Part shown: positions 17,315-26,891 of the stretch, piece by piece | How the letters are laid out: each line of letters begins with the position of its first letter | Numbering within the stretch: the first letter of the stretch is position 1 | DNA from: a virus | DNA length: 64,000 bases | Strand: one strand, 5' to 3' | Virus record (IMG/VR): IMGVR_UViG_3300036770_006434 | Coordinates: 64,001-128,000 of that record | Notes under the pieces: model-generated | The model's database searches: none | What the model was told of the DNA's origin: nothing | Seen by the model: the letters and a program-made list of their open reading frames with translations, nothing else | Made by a program: the position numbers and the translations under genes

Positions 17315-17659
17315 TTACTTTGGTGAAAAAAATTGGAGAATAGAAAAAATAGTCGCCAATCCACCAAGAATAGAGAGAATCACACCGCCGAGCGCCCACC
17401 ATGAAGAGAACATGTTCTTCCAACCTTCCAGCCGCTTGACCCGGCCATTGGTCTTGCGGGCCTCAAGATTGGAGGATACCAGAATGGGGGCCGCCCATTC
17501 TGCGAAAGCGGCCATCTTGCTGACTTCATTCAGGATGAACTGCTCTTCCTCCGGCTTGCCGGCAAGCAGGGACGGAGGGATACGGCTTTTGAACCCCTCT
17601 TTGGGTAACTCCAAAACGGGAATGTCGCTGCTTTCTTCGGGTTTTGTTATTTCTGACAT
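17315..17659 (-). CDS. Small membrane protein with a C-terminal TM helix (holin/XhlA-like coiled coil)
   Basis: RKTNGRVKRLE followed by hydrophobic WWALGGVILSILGGLATIFSILQFF. Confidence 0.5.
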   Translation of the reverse strand: MSEITKPEESSDIPVLELPKEGFKSRIPPSLLAGKPEEEQFILNEVSKMAAFAEWAAPILVSSNLEARKTNGRVKRLEGWKNMFSSWWALGGVILSILGGLATIFSILQFFSPK

Positions 17660-17670
17660 GGCTCATAGAA

Positions 17671-17677
17671 GTTACAC
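17671..17677 (-). promoter_or_regulatory. GTGTAAC motif
   Basis: 11 nt upstream of the ATG at 17659, with AAAA 14 nt further upstream. Confidence 0.55.
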
Positions 17678-17748
17678 GCCAAAACGAGGTGTTTTTGGCC
17701 GCTTCTGGTAGTTTTTGCCAGAAATGCAAATGATTGGATTAAAGGGAT

Positions 17749-18552
17749 TTAAGTATCACTGAAAAGCGCCGATTCAGAGAAGTCAGAGTTTCTCATGGGT
17801 ATATACCTATTTTCCACTATCGTATCGTTAAGAATGTCTTCTTGAGGTTTGTCCCAGCGTTCAAAAGACGCGCGCCTAGTGTTGTGAATGTCGCGACACA
17901 TAAAATAAAACCAACTCTCCTTATTGTCTATCTTGCAGCGATTTACGGCAGAGTGAAGAATTTGAATGTTGTCTTTGGTGTATCCTTTTGAAGAGTCAAT
18001 GCGATCTACAGATGCGGTTGTTTTGCCCTTTAGACGAAAGGTTACTTTCCACCCGGTGAGAGCGCATCGCTTGCCCTGTTTGATATATTGATCCCAAACA
18101 TCTTTCTCTGTAATTTCAAAGGCCAAACCACGCGCAAGCGCCCCTCTCAATACGCTTTTCCATCTGGAATTAGGTATCGTTTTATATGGCTTTTTATGGA
18201 TGCCCTTTTTGGCGGCTCCAATACCATAGGCTCTGGAAACTACTGCCGATATGGTTTTGCCCAATTTTTCGGCGCAATATCGAGAACCATGCTCTTGATA
18301 ATTTTGAAGAACAAAAGAATCCTGCTCTTCTGTCCAAGTCTTTTGCGATTCGTCGTAACATTTTCTGCATCCATGTCCACCCCAAAGGTCGGAGGCGACA
18401 ACCTTGAACTCTCCATGTGTGGGGCAATTCACGAAAACGCTTTGACCACTTCCGGCATACACAGATTTTGAATAATCGTATTTGTCTCCGTGAACCTCTT
18501 TTGCGCGATTTACAAAATCCTCCTGAGTTAACTTTAATTTTGGCTTATCCAT
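17749..18552 (-). CDS. Free-standing homing-endonuclease-like protein (DUF723-like Zn domain, HTH, His-Me-like nuclease)
   Basis: VHGDKYDYSK...CPTHGEF...GCRKC; C-terminal CALTG...SVDRIDSSKGYTKDNIQ. AT-rich; TAATG overlap with nrdB. Confidence 0.7.
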   Translation of the reverse strand: MDKPKLKLTQEDFVNRAKEVHGDKYDYSKSVYAGSGQSVFVNCPTHGEFKVVASDLWGGHGCRKCYDESQKTWTEEQDSFVLQNYQEHGSRYCAEKLGKTISAVVSRAYGIGAAKKGIHKKPYKTIPNSRWKSVLRGALARGLAFEITEKDVWDQYIKQGKRCALTGWKVTFRLKGKTTASVDRIDSSKGYTKDNIQILHSAVNRCKIDNKESWFYFMCRDIHNTRRASFERWDKPQEDILNDTIVENRYIPMRNSDFSESALFSDT

Positions 18553-19607
18553 TAGAGTTTGAATCCTTCAAAAGTAGAATCGGTCACATCATTTGTAACG
18601 CCCTTGACGTAAGCAGCGCCTTCCGTCTCTTGTGGGGCCACCTGAATCTTGGTAGAATCATAAAACCCGTCCAACCAGCCTGAAAGCGGGTTATGCTTGG
18701 TATCATACAGTTTTTTGTAACCCAGTGACATGAGACGGTTGTTGGCCAGCCATTCAATGTATTTCTTCAGAGAATCCGGGGTGAGCCCCACAAGGCTGCC
18801 ATGCGAAAACAGGTAGTCAGCCCATTCTTTTTCGGCTTCAACCGCCGCGCGGTAGAATTCATAGACCTTGTCTTCGTTCTGTTTTACAATGGTCTGAAAC
18901 CCTTCGTCGGGATTTTCCTCCCAATTCTTCATGATATTCTGCGTGATGGCGACGTGAAGGTTTTCGTCTCGGGAAATGAGCCCGATGATCTTACCGTTGC
19001 CTTCCATCTTCTTGCGGTAGCGGAAGTAGAAAGAGCAGGCGAAAGACACGTAAAACGTAAGACCTTCAACGATTTGCGTAGACAAAACCGCGTCGAATAT
19101 CTGCTGCCGGGGATCGTCAGAAGGCGTGATCAGCGAATCGTATTTATTGGCAATAAATTCCGCTCGCTTGACGATTTCTTTGTCCCCCAAAATGGAGTCG
19201 AAGAATTTCGTGGCGTCAGGATATACGTTTTCAAGGATATACGTGTAGCTATTGGAATGAATCGTCTCAAAGAAACTCCACGTATTCATGCAGATTTCCA
19301 GCTCGGAATTGGTGCAGAAATCCAACAGTTTGCCGATAGACCGACTCAGCATGGAGTCCGTCATGGTCTGAAAGCGGATGTTGGAATCAAAGACAAAACG
19401 CTCTTCGTCAGAAAGCATTTTGTAGTCGCCAATGTCTTTAATCAGTGAAATCTCCTGCGGACGCCAGTAGTAGTTAAGTTGCTGATTATAAAGATCATAG
19501 AACTTCGGGTATTTCTTGATGTCATACCGCTGAAGCGCCAAGTCTTCGCCCAAGAACATTGGGTTGCGCAATAGGTCAATGTTTTGCTTATTGAGAACTG
19601 TTTTCAT
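18552..19607 (-). CDS. nrdB: Ribonucleotide reductase class Ia beta subunit
   Basis: WRPQEI, TDSM, ETIHSNSY (radical Tyr), VEG, RDENLH, APQETE. Confidence 0.95.
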   Translation of the reverse strand: MKTVLNKQNIDLLRNPMFLGEDLALQRYDIKKYPKFYDLYNQQLNYYWRPQEISLIKDIGDYKMLSDEERFVFDSNIRFQTMTDSMLSRSIGKLLDFCTNSELEICMNTWSFFETIHSNSYTYILENVYPDATKFFDSILGDKEIVKRAEFIANKYDSLITPSDDPRQQIFDAVLSTQIVEGLTFYVSFACSFYFRYRKKMEGNGKIIGLISRDENLHVAITQNIMKNWEENPDEGFQTIVKQNEDKVYEFYRAAVEAEKEWADYLFSHGSLVGLTPDSLKKYIEWLANNRLMSLGYKKLYDTKHNPLSGWLDGFYDSTKIQVAPQETEGAAYVKGVTNDVTDSTFEGFKL

Positions 19608-19621
19608 GTAATTTTAGAGAG

Positions 19622-21910
19622 TTAGATTGCACAGGCACCGGATTCACAAGATTGACCGCGATCAACAGTCTCTGGAATTTTGTGCTTCGTTTCTGACGCC
19701 GTCTGGCGGTCCCCGTCATCCGTGTTAGCGTAATAGAGGGATTTGAGACCATATTTGTAGGAAAGAAGGATGGTATGGATGATCTCGGAAAGCGGCGTCT
19801 TATTGTCCTTGTGCTTGCTTGGAACGTGATAGGTGTTGGTGGAAATAGCCATATCCGTGAACTTTTGCGCAGCAGCCGAAACCTTTAGCACCCCCTCGTT
19901 TGAGGGCATGTCAAAGGCCATGGTATAATTCTCCTTCCATTTCTCAATGCCCGGCACGACCACCGGGATACTGCCACCCTTAGAGGTCTTGATGGAAATC
20001 AACTGGCGAACGGGCTCAATACCATTGGTGGAAGACTGAACGACACTGCTGGACTCGGCTGGCATGATTGCGGTAAGAGTGGAGTTTCGGATGCCGGTTG
20101 CAAGCAATTTTTTGCGAAGCGCTTCCCAGTCACAGTGGAGGGGCTCTGTGACGAATTCGTCAATATTCTTGCAATACGTGTCGATAGGCAGGATTCCTTG
20201 AGTGAACTTGCTATCAGCCGCTTTTTCGCAGGGTCCAAACTCCTTGGACAGTTCAGCGGAGGCGTCAATCAGGTAGTAGCTGGTCTTTTCCATCCAGCGG
20301 GCCACAATATTGGGCGCTTCGGGGTCATAGTATTTCACGCCCTCTTTCGCAAGTAGCGCAGCCACATTGGTAATTCCCACCCCGAGGCTTCGGCGCTTCT
20401 TGGCAAAATTCTCCATCGCCGGCAGTTTGTATACCTGATGGTCGATAAGAGAATCCAACATGCGAACGATAACGTCACAGACCGACTTCATATCGTTATC
20501 ATCCCGGATTTCCAGCCAGTTCACAGCGGCCAAGACACAGACGCCAATTTCTCCATTGGGGTCTTTTAGGTCTTCAATAGGCTTCAATGGGTGGGAGACC
20601 TCCAGACAGAGGTTCAGGGTATCAACATGCAGGTTCCATGATCCATGGTCATTTACGTGATCTACTGCCATAGTGTAGATACGCGTCGTTTCGCTTCTCT
20701 GTTTGGCGAGAAGGTTCATCAGGTCACGGGCTGGCACCTTCTTCTTGAATTTGATCGTCTTGTTCTTTTCCGCCTTCTCGTAAACATCTTTGAAGCTCGG
20801 CAGGCCGAAGTTATCCCACACCTCTGGAACCTCATGATAGGAAAATAGCGTGACATCCTGATTGTTCAGGAATCGCTCCAAAAACAGTCGGTCAATGCCG
20901 ATGACGTAGTCCAGTTTGCGAACTCGGTTATCGTCCGTTCCCGAATTGTCTTTGAGCACCAAAACCTCTTGAATGTCGTGGTGGAACCAAGCGATATTGA
21001 CCGTGCCGCCGCCGCCGCGAATCCCGTTTTGCTGACAGGACTTTACCGTGGACTCATACATCTTGAGATAGGGGACCACGCCGGTATGGGTCAGCGTGCC
21101 GTTTTTGACCGGGGCATTGATAGCGCGTATGCGTGAAACGTTAAGGCCGATACCGTAGCGGTCGGCGGTGGCGAATCCAATGGCAGAATTGTTGGCAAAA
21201 ATGGATGGTAGCGTATCGTCAATGGCAAAAAGAGCGCAAGAAGCGTAGCTCTTCAGGTTTGATCGGACGCCCGCCATAATCGGGGTGGGCAGGTTGATCT
21301 TGTGTTTGCTGAAGTAGTTGTAAGCCTTTTTGACGTATTCCATGCGGTTGTCACCGTAGTCTTGGAAAAAGACCATGGCGACAAGGATATACATGAACTG
21401 TGGAGTTTCGTAAATCTTTCCAGTAGAACGGTTTTGGAGGAGATACTTGTCGCACAGCTGCCGGATTCCGGCGTAGGCGAAGTTCAGGTCGCGCTCGTGC
21501 TTGATGTATTCGTTAATCTTCCCGATTTCCCGCTCGGAATACTTCTCAAGAATTTGGGCGTCATAAACCCCGTGCTTGATGTTATCCTTGATGACGTGAA
21601 GCAGCGTAGGCGCGTCCTTGCCGCCCCAAACCTCTTTTCGGAGATGGTAATTGACCAGTCGGCCTGCGACAAACTGATAATTCGGCTTTTCCTCGGAAAT
21701 CAGTCCGGCGGCAGCCTCGATCAACAGCGTGTGGACCGATTTGGACTCGATCCCATCGAAAAACGTAAGATGAGCATTCATAGCCACTTCCTCAAAGGAA
21801 ACGTCCTTGATTCCGTCAACGGCCCATTCAAGGACCTTGTTGATTTTTTCAGCCGAAAACTTCTCCAGTTTTCCGCTCCGTTTTTTGACCAGAATGTCTT
21901 TTTTGCTCAT
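19622..21910 (-). CDS. nrdA: Ribonucleotide reductase class Ia alpha subunit
   Basis: ATP cone VKKRSG; PTPIMAG; NLCLE; MPAESSS; C-terminal CESGAC. Confidence 0.95.
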   Translation of the reverse strand: MSKKDILVKKRSGKLEKFSAEKINKVLEWAVDGIKDVSFEEVAMNAHLTFFDGIESKSVHTLLIEAAAGLISEEKPNYQFVAGRLVNYHLRKEVWGGKDAPTLLHVIKDNIKHGVYDAQILEKYSEREIGKINEYIKHERDLNFAYAGIRQLCDKYLLQNRSTGKIYETPQFMYILVAMVFFQDYGDNRMEYVKKAYNYFSKHKINLPTPIMAGVRSNLKSYASCALFAIDDTLPSIFANNSAIGFATADRYGIGLNVSRIRAINAPVKNGTLTHTGVVPYLKMYESTVKSCQQNGIRGGGGTVNIAWFHHDIQEVLVLKDNSGTDDNRVRKLDYVIGIDRLFLERFLNNQDVTLFSYHEVPEVWDNFGLPSFKDVYEKAEKNKTIKFKKKVPARDLMNLLAKQRSETTRIYTMAVDHVNDHGSWNLHVDTLNLCLEVSHPLKPIEDLKDPNGEIGVCVLAAVNWLEIRDDNDMKSVCDVIVRMLDSLIDHQVYKLPAMENFAKKRRSLGVGITNVAALLAKEGVKYYDPEAPNIVARWMEKTSYYLIDASAELSKEFGPCEKAADSKFTQGILPIDTYCKNIDEFVTEPLHCDWEALRKKLLATGIRNSTLTAIMPAESSSVVQSSTNGIEPVRQLISIKTSKGGSIPVVVPGIEKWKENYTMAFDMPSNEGVLKVSAAAQKFTDMAISTNTYHVPSKHKDNKTPLSEIIHTILLSYKYGLKSLYYANTDDGDRQTASETKHKIPETVDRGQSCESGACAI

Positions 21911-21956
21911 GAAAATAATAGTTTAATTTGACCCCAGCATTCAGGGGCGAAGGAAT

Positions 21957-21963
21957 GTTACAC
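21957..21963 (-). promoter_or_regulatory. GTGTAAC motif upstream of nrdA
   Basis: Intergenic and sense-oriented, 46 nt upstream of the ATG. Confidence 0.5.
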
Positions 21964-21995
21964 AGACCCCACCGGGACTCCACGAAACATTGAAA

Positions 21996-22023
21996 ACTCT
22001 AATCCTTTTTCCGGTAAAGTCCA
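21996..22023 (-). promoter_or_regulatory. Sigma70-like promoter TGGACT-N16-TAGAGT
   Basis: Intergenic, upstream of nrdA. Confidence 0.4.
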
Positions 22024-22040
22024 GAAAAAAGTGTAGTCCG

Positions 22041-22826
22041 TTACTCGGAAATCCGCCTGACCTCCGGCAAAGGGAGCCCGCGCTTTTGGTAGTAATCCTC
22101 GTTGAAGGAAAGCCCACCCTTGGACTCGTCCCAGACAAAGGAGGAGTGGCCCCAGCGGCGGTTTTGGTATAAAATCTTGAGGCGACTCCTCTCGTTGTTG
22201 AGCCAAGTAAAATGAAGAGGCGCAGCCACTGACTGGGGGATGGTAACGGACGGGAAATCCAAGTCCCTCTTGATGTCTCGGGTAATAGTCCCGTGATAGG
22301 CGACGTTATTGTCATCCCAGAAGGAGCGGGCTTCGTATTTGTGGCCTGCCGGCCGCAGGCGGTGAATGCGTGGCGGGGTAAACGGGTCGGCCAAACATTG
22401 CGAGCGGGTGAATACGAGATTCCTATAAGATATGCGGAACCAAGGAATTTGAGGCCGTTTTTCCACGAAGTCTAGGATTCTGGCGATCTCCTCTGGCGAA
22501 AAGACCTCGTCTCCATCTACCTGCATGACGATATCACAACCGGCGTCTGACAAATAGGTAAGGGCCGCGCCACGGGCGGCGACTTCTGTGACGGGCTCTT
22601 TCCCTGTTATTAGATGGTCTAATAGACCAGAATCCCTGATGGCCGCCAGTCTTTCCGTGGTTCCGTCCTCGGGTGGTAGGTCAAACCCTATGAATGACAG
22701 AGAAACGGCACAAATCACGATAGAATGGCCGTTAACCCCTGTTTTTCTGGCTTCAAGCCATGGCGAAAGGGAAGCGGCCAAATACTCGGCTGTCCGATAA
22801 GAGGTGTAGATCAACCCCAGCTTCAT
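22041..22826 (-). CDS. GT-A fold glycosyltransferase
   Basis: N-terminal beta strand; QVDGDE (DxD). Start at MKLGL (22826). Confidence 0.65.
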   Translation of the reverse strand: MKLGLIYTSYRTAEYLAASLSPWLEARKTGVNGHSIVICAVSLSFIGFDLPPEDGTTERLAAIRDSGLLDHLITGKEPVTEVAARGAALTYLSDAGCDIVMQVDGDEVFSPEEIARILDFVEKRPQIPWFRISYRNLVFTRSQCLADPFTPPRIHRLRPAGHKYEARSFWDDNNVAYHGTITRDIKRDLDFPSVTIPQSVAAPLHFTWLNNERSRLKILYQNRRWGHSSFVWDESKGGLSFNEDYYQKRGLPLPEVRRISE

Positions 22827-23047
22827 CGCCGATTTGGGTCTGTCAGGTGAATGGCGGCACCCATGGCGCGGAGACATTCATCAAACTCCTGTTCCTCGGT
22901 TTTCTTGGCTTCCGGCTTTTTGCGCCAGTCAATCTCATCCCAGTTTCGGGAGAACTTTTCCCGGTTTACGGGGCGGGGTTTGTCGCCTTTGCCGGCAGAA
23001 TGGGGGCCACTCATTGGGAAATCTTCATGTTCTCCGGAATTTTGCAT
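22823..23047 (-). CDS. Small hypothetical protein (start uncertain)
   Basis: SAGKGDKPRPVNREKFSRNWDEIDW resembles a common small phage protein; ATGA overlap downstream. Confidence 0.5.
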   Translation of the reverse strand: MQNSGEHEDFPMSGPHSAGKGDKPRPVNREKFSRNWDEIDWRKKPEAKKTEEQEFDECLRAMGAAIHLTDPNRR

Positions 23048-23424
23048 CCATACTCCCCGTGGTTACCCATATATGTGAAAGCCTGCGGAATAGCTGTCTC
23101 TCCAGAGGGTGTCTTGATATAGGCGACCGAATCCACGACTTCCTCCCAGTAATGGACTTCCTCATTCAAAACGGGCCACTGTTCAAGTGCCCAAATCGGG
23201 AAAAAGTCTTTCTTGAAGTGTTGCCACCAGTTAATGGGATAACTCACGCAGCGGGCGACCTTTGTGGTGCGGATCGGTTCATTGAGACCGACCAGTTGAC
23301 CGATTGTCGGGGTGGGGTCAGATGTAATCGTAATCTTTCCGATATCTACGCTGGACATAGTGTATACGCCGGATTCCTTCTTGCTCTTGCGCGGGTTACG
23401 CGTCTTTTTCTTCTGTTTTTTCAT
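23011..23424 (-). CDS. Hypothetical protein (137 aa)
   Basis: ATG start, in operon. Confidence 0.55.
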   Translation of the reverse strand: MKKQKKKTRNPRKSKKESGVYTMSSVDIGKITITSDPTPTIGQLVGLNEPIRTTKVARCVSYPINWWQHFKKDFFPIWALEQWPVLNEEVHYWEEVVDSVAYIKTPSGETAIPQAFTYMGNHGEYGCKIPENMKISQ

Positions 23425-23430
23425 GGCTTT

Positions 23431-23913
23431 TCAATTCTCCCTAGTCGTGTAAACCGCTATTACCTTGCCGCGATACGTTTTCTCGGTCACCCGCCAAGAC
23501 GCCTCGGTCCTCGCGTTATTGTCACCGGTCAGAATCCACCCGTAGGAGTCCTTGGAAACCAGTCGGTGACAGGTCACCGGAGAACCAACCGGGAGCCAGT
23601 CCGCGACATAGATGATGATTTGCCCCGGCTTCAGGTCTTCATACGGGAATTTTTGGCTGACCACGATACAGTCATAGTCATTGATAAATGGGCGCATGGA
23701 CCCGGTGGGTTGAACCAGATAATGCTGACCCCCGCCGCCGGGCAGGTCCCGCGCGTGGAGTCGGGCCGCCTCGCCAGCCGCCGCGACAGAGGTGTAACCG
23801 TAATATACCGGGGGATTGTCATCGGGGGGGTAACCACAGCCAGAAAGAGCGAAGGCGCAGATTCCGGCGACAACGGCGAATGTGATAAAACTGAAAAGAT
23901 GCGCGCGTTTCAT
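23431..23913 (-). CDS. S26 signal-peptidase-I-like protein with a lipoprotein signal
   Basis: Lipobox ALSG-C; catalytic TGSMRP; PGQIIIY; CHRLV (His, SipW/ER type); TGDNN. Confidence 0.75.
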   Translation of the reverse strand: MKRAHLFSFITFAVVAGICAFALSGCGYPPDDNPPVYYGYTSVAAAGEAARLHARDLPGGGGQHYLVQPTGSMRPFINDYDCIVVSQKFPYEDLKPGQIIIYVADWLPVGSPVTCHRLVSKDSYGWILTGDNNARTEASWRVTEKTYRGKVIAVYTTREN

Positions 23914-24101
23914 GTGGCTTTCTCCTTGAGCGTAACTGCATCCCAGTTGTTGAACATGGCAAGAAACTTTTTGCCCTCCGGAGTGGGGCGTGAAAACAAC
24001 AAGGTTCCATTCTTGCGCTCTTCAAGCTCGCAATCTTCGATGGTTAACTGGAATTCTTTTGTTATCACGATATAATCGTATGTTTTTGTATCGGTTTCCA
24101 T
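23910..24101 (-). CDS. Hypothetical protein (63 aa)
   Basis: ATGA overlap with the peptidase start. Confidence 0.55.
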   Translation of the reverse strand: METDTKTYDYIVITKEFQLTIEDCELEERKNGTLLFSRPTPEGKKFLAMFNNWDAVTLKEKAT

Positions 24102-24110
24102 AGTGTTTTA

Positions 24111-24587
24111 TCAGCGTTTTAGATTCAAGTAAGAGGGTTTTTCGTTATACAACCACTGCTCCGTCACTTCCGGCAGTTCTGCCACGGTTTCGGGCCAAAA
24201 CGAGATGATCCTTGGGAATATCGAGACAATCTCTCTGTCGTCATAGGCGTGGTGAGTCATGCCGTCTTCCGAGTAGTCCCCGCCGCGACCGCCGCCCAAC
24301 AGCTTGACCGGAATACCCTCATGGTCGATGTAGTTGCGGTGCCACTCAAACGGTCGCCCCAATAGGAACGGGGTAATGGAAAAGCAGACGGGAATCTTGC
24401 CGGCAAGAGCTAAGCCAACGCCAGCGCCGACCAGTAGCTGCTCCGATGCTCCGACATTGTGAAACCGTTCCGGGAACTCGGCGGAAATCGCGTTGAACAT
24501 GCCGTAGCCAAGGTCCCCGGTCAAAACATGGATTCGGGGGTCTTGCCGCATGTGCTGCAACAGAATGGGGTGAAATTCTCGTCTCAT
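24111..24587 (-). CDS. Transketolase-like pyrimidine-binding subunit (short)
   Basis: LTGDLGY, NVGASEQLLVGAGVGLAL, GMTHH. Confidence 0.85.
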   Translation of the reverse strand: MRREFHPILLQHMRQDPRIHVLTGDLGYGMFNAISAEFPERFHNVGASEQLLVGAGVGLALAGKIPVCFSITPFLLGRPFEWHRNYIDHEGIPVKLLGGGRGGDYSEDGMTHHAYDDREIVSIFPRIISFWPETVAELPEVTEQWLYNEKPSYLNLKR

Positions 24588-24588
24588 A

Positions 24589-25221
24589 TTATACGACCTC
24601 CTGATCTTGGACCCAAGCCCAGTCGGCGTCCGTCATTTTGCAGTAATGGGCGTTGAGACCGGAAAGAAAGGGGATTTCCGCGAAATCAGTGTGCCAGACA
24701 TCCACTTTGTCGTTCCAGACATGGATAGCTTTTTCCAGCTGGTCTACGTCAACTTCCCGGTAGGCACCATACCCATTGGCGTTTACAAACCAGTTGAGAT
24801 TCGGGATTTTGCCCCTAGCCGAAAACATGAGCGTCTCCCAGCAGGAGCCCTCGGCCATCCCGCCGTCCGAGGAAATCAGCCAGACTCGGCGATTGGGGTG
24901 GGCCAGCGCCAGCCCCGCCGCTACCGTTTCTACTTGCCCCAAAGACCCGGAACTGACGTATACCCCGTTAGCCTCGTCTCTGGTAGCGTGAATCCCGTGC
25001 TTGGCCAACATCATCTCAGGGTCGATCCCGAGATATTTCTCCAAAACCACGTAAAGCGCCAGTCCCGCGTGACCTGCGCCGAGACAAACGGGTTCACTGG
25101 GTTTACGAAAGGAGTAGACGTGATCCAGTATCCCGACAATGGAGATACAAGACCCGATATGGGTCAATCCGTGGCGGTATGAAAGTTCAAGGATTCTTTT
25201 CTGTGGTCGGGTCAAAGCCAT
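24589..25221 (-). CDS. Transketolase-like ThDP-binding N-terminal subunit
   Basis: HIGSCIS, GAGHA, GSLGQ, SDGGMAEGSCWE (GDG..EG..WE variant), NANG. Confidence 0.85.
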   Translation of the reverse strand: MALTRPQKRILELSYRHGLTHIGSCISIVGILDHVYSFRKPSEPVCLGAGHAGLALYVVLEKYLGIDPEMMLAKHGIHATRDEANGVYVSSGSLGQVETVAAGLALAHPNRRVWLISSDGGMAEGSCWETLMFSARGKIPNLNWFVNANGYGAYREVDVDQLEKAIHVWNDKVDVWHTDFAEIPFLSGLNAHYCKMTDADWAWVQDQEVV

Positions 25222-26086
25222 GTTCGCGGAGGTAGTCGTTTAGAGTCCGAAGTATAGCCGACTTGGAATCCATGTCAAGGGACAAGTTGAAGTGGGAGCG
25301 GATTCGGGTGAGATCGGCGGAATAGGTGTCTACCCCGGCATTGGATGGAAACGCTGAGTTGGCCACTTCCACGATTCGGTCTGAAATCAGTAGCGCCGCC
25401 TCCCGAACAGTGATAACGTCATCGGAACCAACGTCATACGGCCTATTATCTCCGTGGATCATAACGTGGAGACACTGTGTTACCAAATCGGAGATATGGA
25501 CGAAAGACCGGCGGATTTCGTTTTGGGACACAATCAGGGGGTGCCCGGCCAGCCGCGCTCTCAAAAAGGCGGACACGGCAAACGGTTTGTTCAGCCCCAT
25601 ACCGTGGCCCACAGTCGCGAACGGGCGGACGATCTGGGTTTTGCCGCCAAGGGCCAGAAGACCGTTTTCGGTAAACTGTTTGTTGATTCCGTATGGAGTC
25701 AAAGCGTTTTGGGCTGCGCCGCTGCTGAAATGAAGCAGGGTCACGTCTTCATCCAGCTTTTTGCGCAATTCCAGAGGGCCGTCCATGTGAGGATACATCT
25801 CTACGTTGGTTTTGGGTGTAGAGCTGCCGGCACAATTTATCACATACCCCCGAATGCCCCCCATATTTTCGGGTAGATTGCAGATATCGAATCCGCTGGC
25901 ACGGGAGAGGCCGCGAATACGGATGTCGAGTCCGCCCTTTTCATTCGCGTATTCCAGTGTTTTCTTGAACCATGAGCCGTAGAAGCCGGTGTCTCCCAGA
26001 ATGGTGACGGATTTGCCGGCGAGGTGGTCTAGTGGTTCAGAAGAGCGGACAAAGGTGGAGTGTAAATATTGGTGGTTGGCAGTCAT
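25187..26086 (-). CDS. NAD-dependent epimerase/dehydratase (extended SDR)
   Basis: GDTGFYG, SSGA, YGINK, RSFVHISD, YDVGS. Confidence 0.85.
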   Translation of the reverse strand: MTANHQYLHSTFVRSSEPLDHLAGKSVTILGDTGFYGSWFKKTLEYANEKGGLDIRIRGLSRASGFDICNLPENMGGIRGYVINCAGSSTPKTNVEMYPHMDGPLELRKKLDEDVTLLHFSSGAAQNALTPYGINKQFTENGLLALGGKTQIVRPFATVGHGMGLNKPFAVSAFLRARLAGHPLIVSQNEIRRSFVHISDLVTQCLHVMIHGDNRPYDVGSDDVITVREAALLISDRIVEVANSAFPSNAGVDTYSADLTRIRSHFNLSLDMDSKSAILRTLNDYLREHGFDPTTEKNP

Positions 26087-26087
26087 G

Positions 26088-26891
26088 TTAATTGTCTATT
26101 TTGAAACCTGTTTCTGAAAAAAGGTGATAGTATACTCTCGGGGTTTGGTTTGATAACTCAAACATGTTTTTGGTGTAAATATAAGCTGGAAAGCAGTGGT
26201 TTTTGTAAAAACCGAAACTTGGTATGTATACGTGGCTTTGGCACCCCAAAGCGACTGCCATGTGCAATAACCCGTTTTCAACTCCAAAATGTCTTTTAGT
26301 TAACTCCATTACTGCGGCGATTTTGCCTACTGGAAATCCCTTAAGGGGCACTGTGAATGGCATTTCAACGTAGTTTCCGGCAGATGTGAAATACAAAATA
26401 TCCCGGCTTTCATGAATTTTTTCAAGAATCGGGCTCCAATATTTTGGAGGCAAAAACTTCCCACTGGCGGTGTGGTCGTTTTGATCCTGATATCCACCGG
26501 GCATCGGTGTAAAAACAATCGGGTCTCTGTATTGTTTTAGGAATTTATCGGCCCATTCCAACTCCCAAGGCGGCGATTTCGCGACGGGAATACACGGATT
26601 CAGCGGCAAACCGAAGAGACGAAGGTAGTTCCTTGTCGCGTGAAGTCCATTCCAACCCCTCGGACCGTCCGGACCTATGCCATATTTTGAAAAAGATTCG
26701 TTTTCAGAGATGGGGTTTTTTACAAAGTCTATCTCACAAACGCTGGAAAGAACAGACGAAATATCTGAGGCGCAAAACGTATCGCACGGGACTTCAAGAA
26801 TAGTTCGGCAAGAAGCAAAGGCAGGCGTGAGCAAAAATATATCGCCAACGCTAGTTCTATTTGCGTTTAGTCCAAATCTTATCGTTTTCAC
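26088..26891 (-). CDS. GT9 (heptosyltransferase)-like glycosyltransferase, AT-rich
   Basis: SVGDIFLLTP; ENGLLHMAVALG. Probable GTG start at 26891. Confidence 0.6.
   Translation of the reverse strand: MKTIRFGLNANRTSVGDIFLLTPAFASCRTILEVPCDTFCASDISSVLSSVCEIDFVKNPISENESFSKYGIGPDGPRGWNGLHATRNYLRLFGLPLNPCIPVAKSPPWELEWADKFLKQYRDPIVFTPMPGGYQDQNDHTASGKFLPPKYWSPILEKIHESRDILYFTSAGNYVEMPFTVPLKGFPVGKIAAVMELTKRHFGVENGLLHMAVALGCQSHVYIPSFGFYKNHCFPAYIYTKNMFELSNQTPRVYYHLFSETGFKIDN

Noticed and set aside
17749-21910. Group I intron or intein in nrdA/nrdB
   Set aside because: Both ORFs are continuous and of normal length; the adjacent endonuclease is free-standing.
22834-24075. 413-aa + strand ORF spanning four minus-strand genes
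   Set aside because: No recognisable motifs or promoter; the minus-strand genes have proper overlaps and, in one case, clear S26 motifs. It is long enough to merit a quick homologue check.
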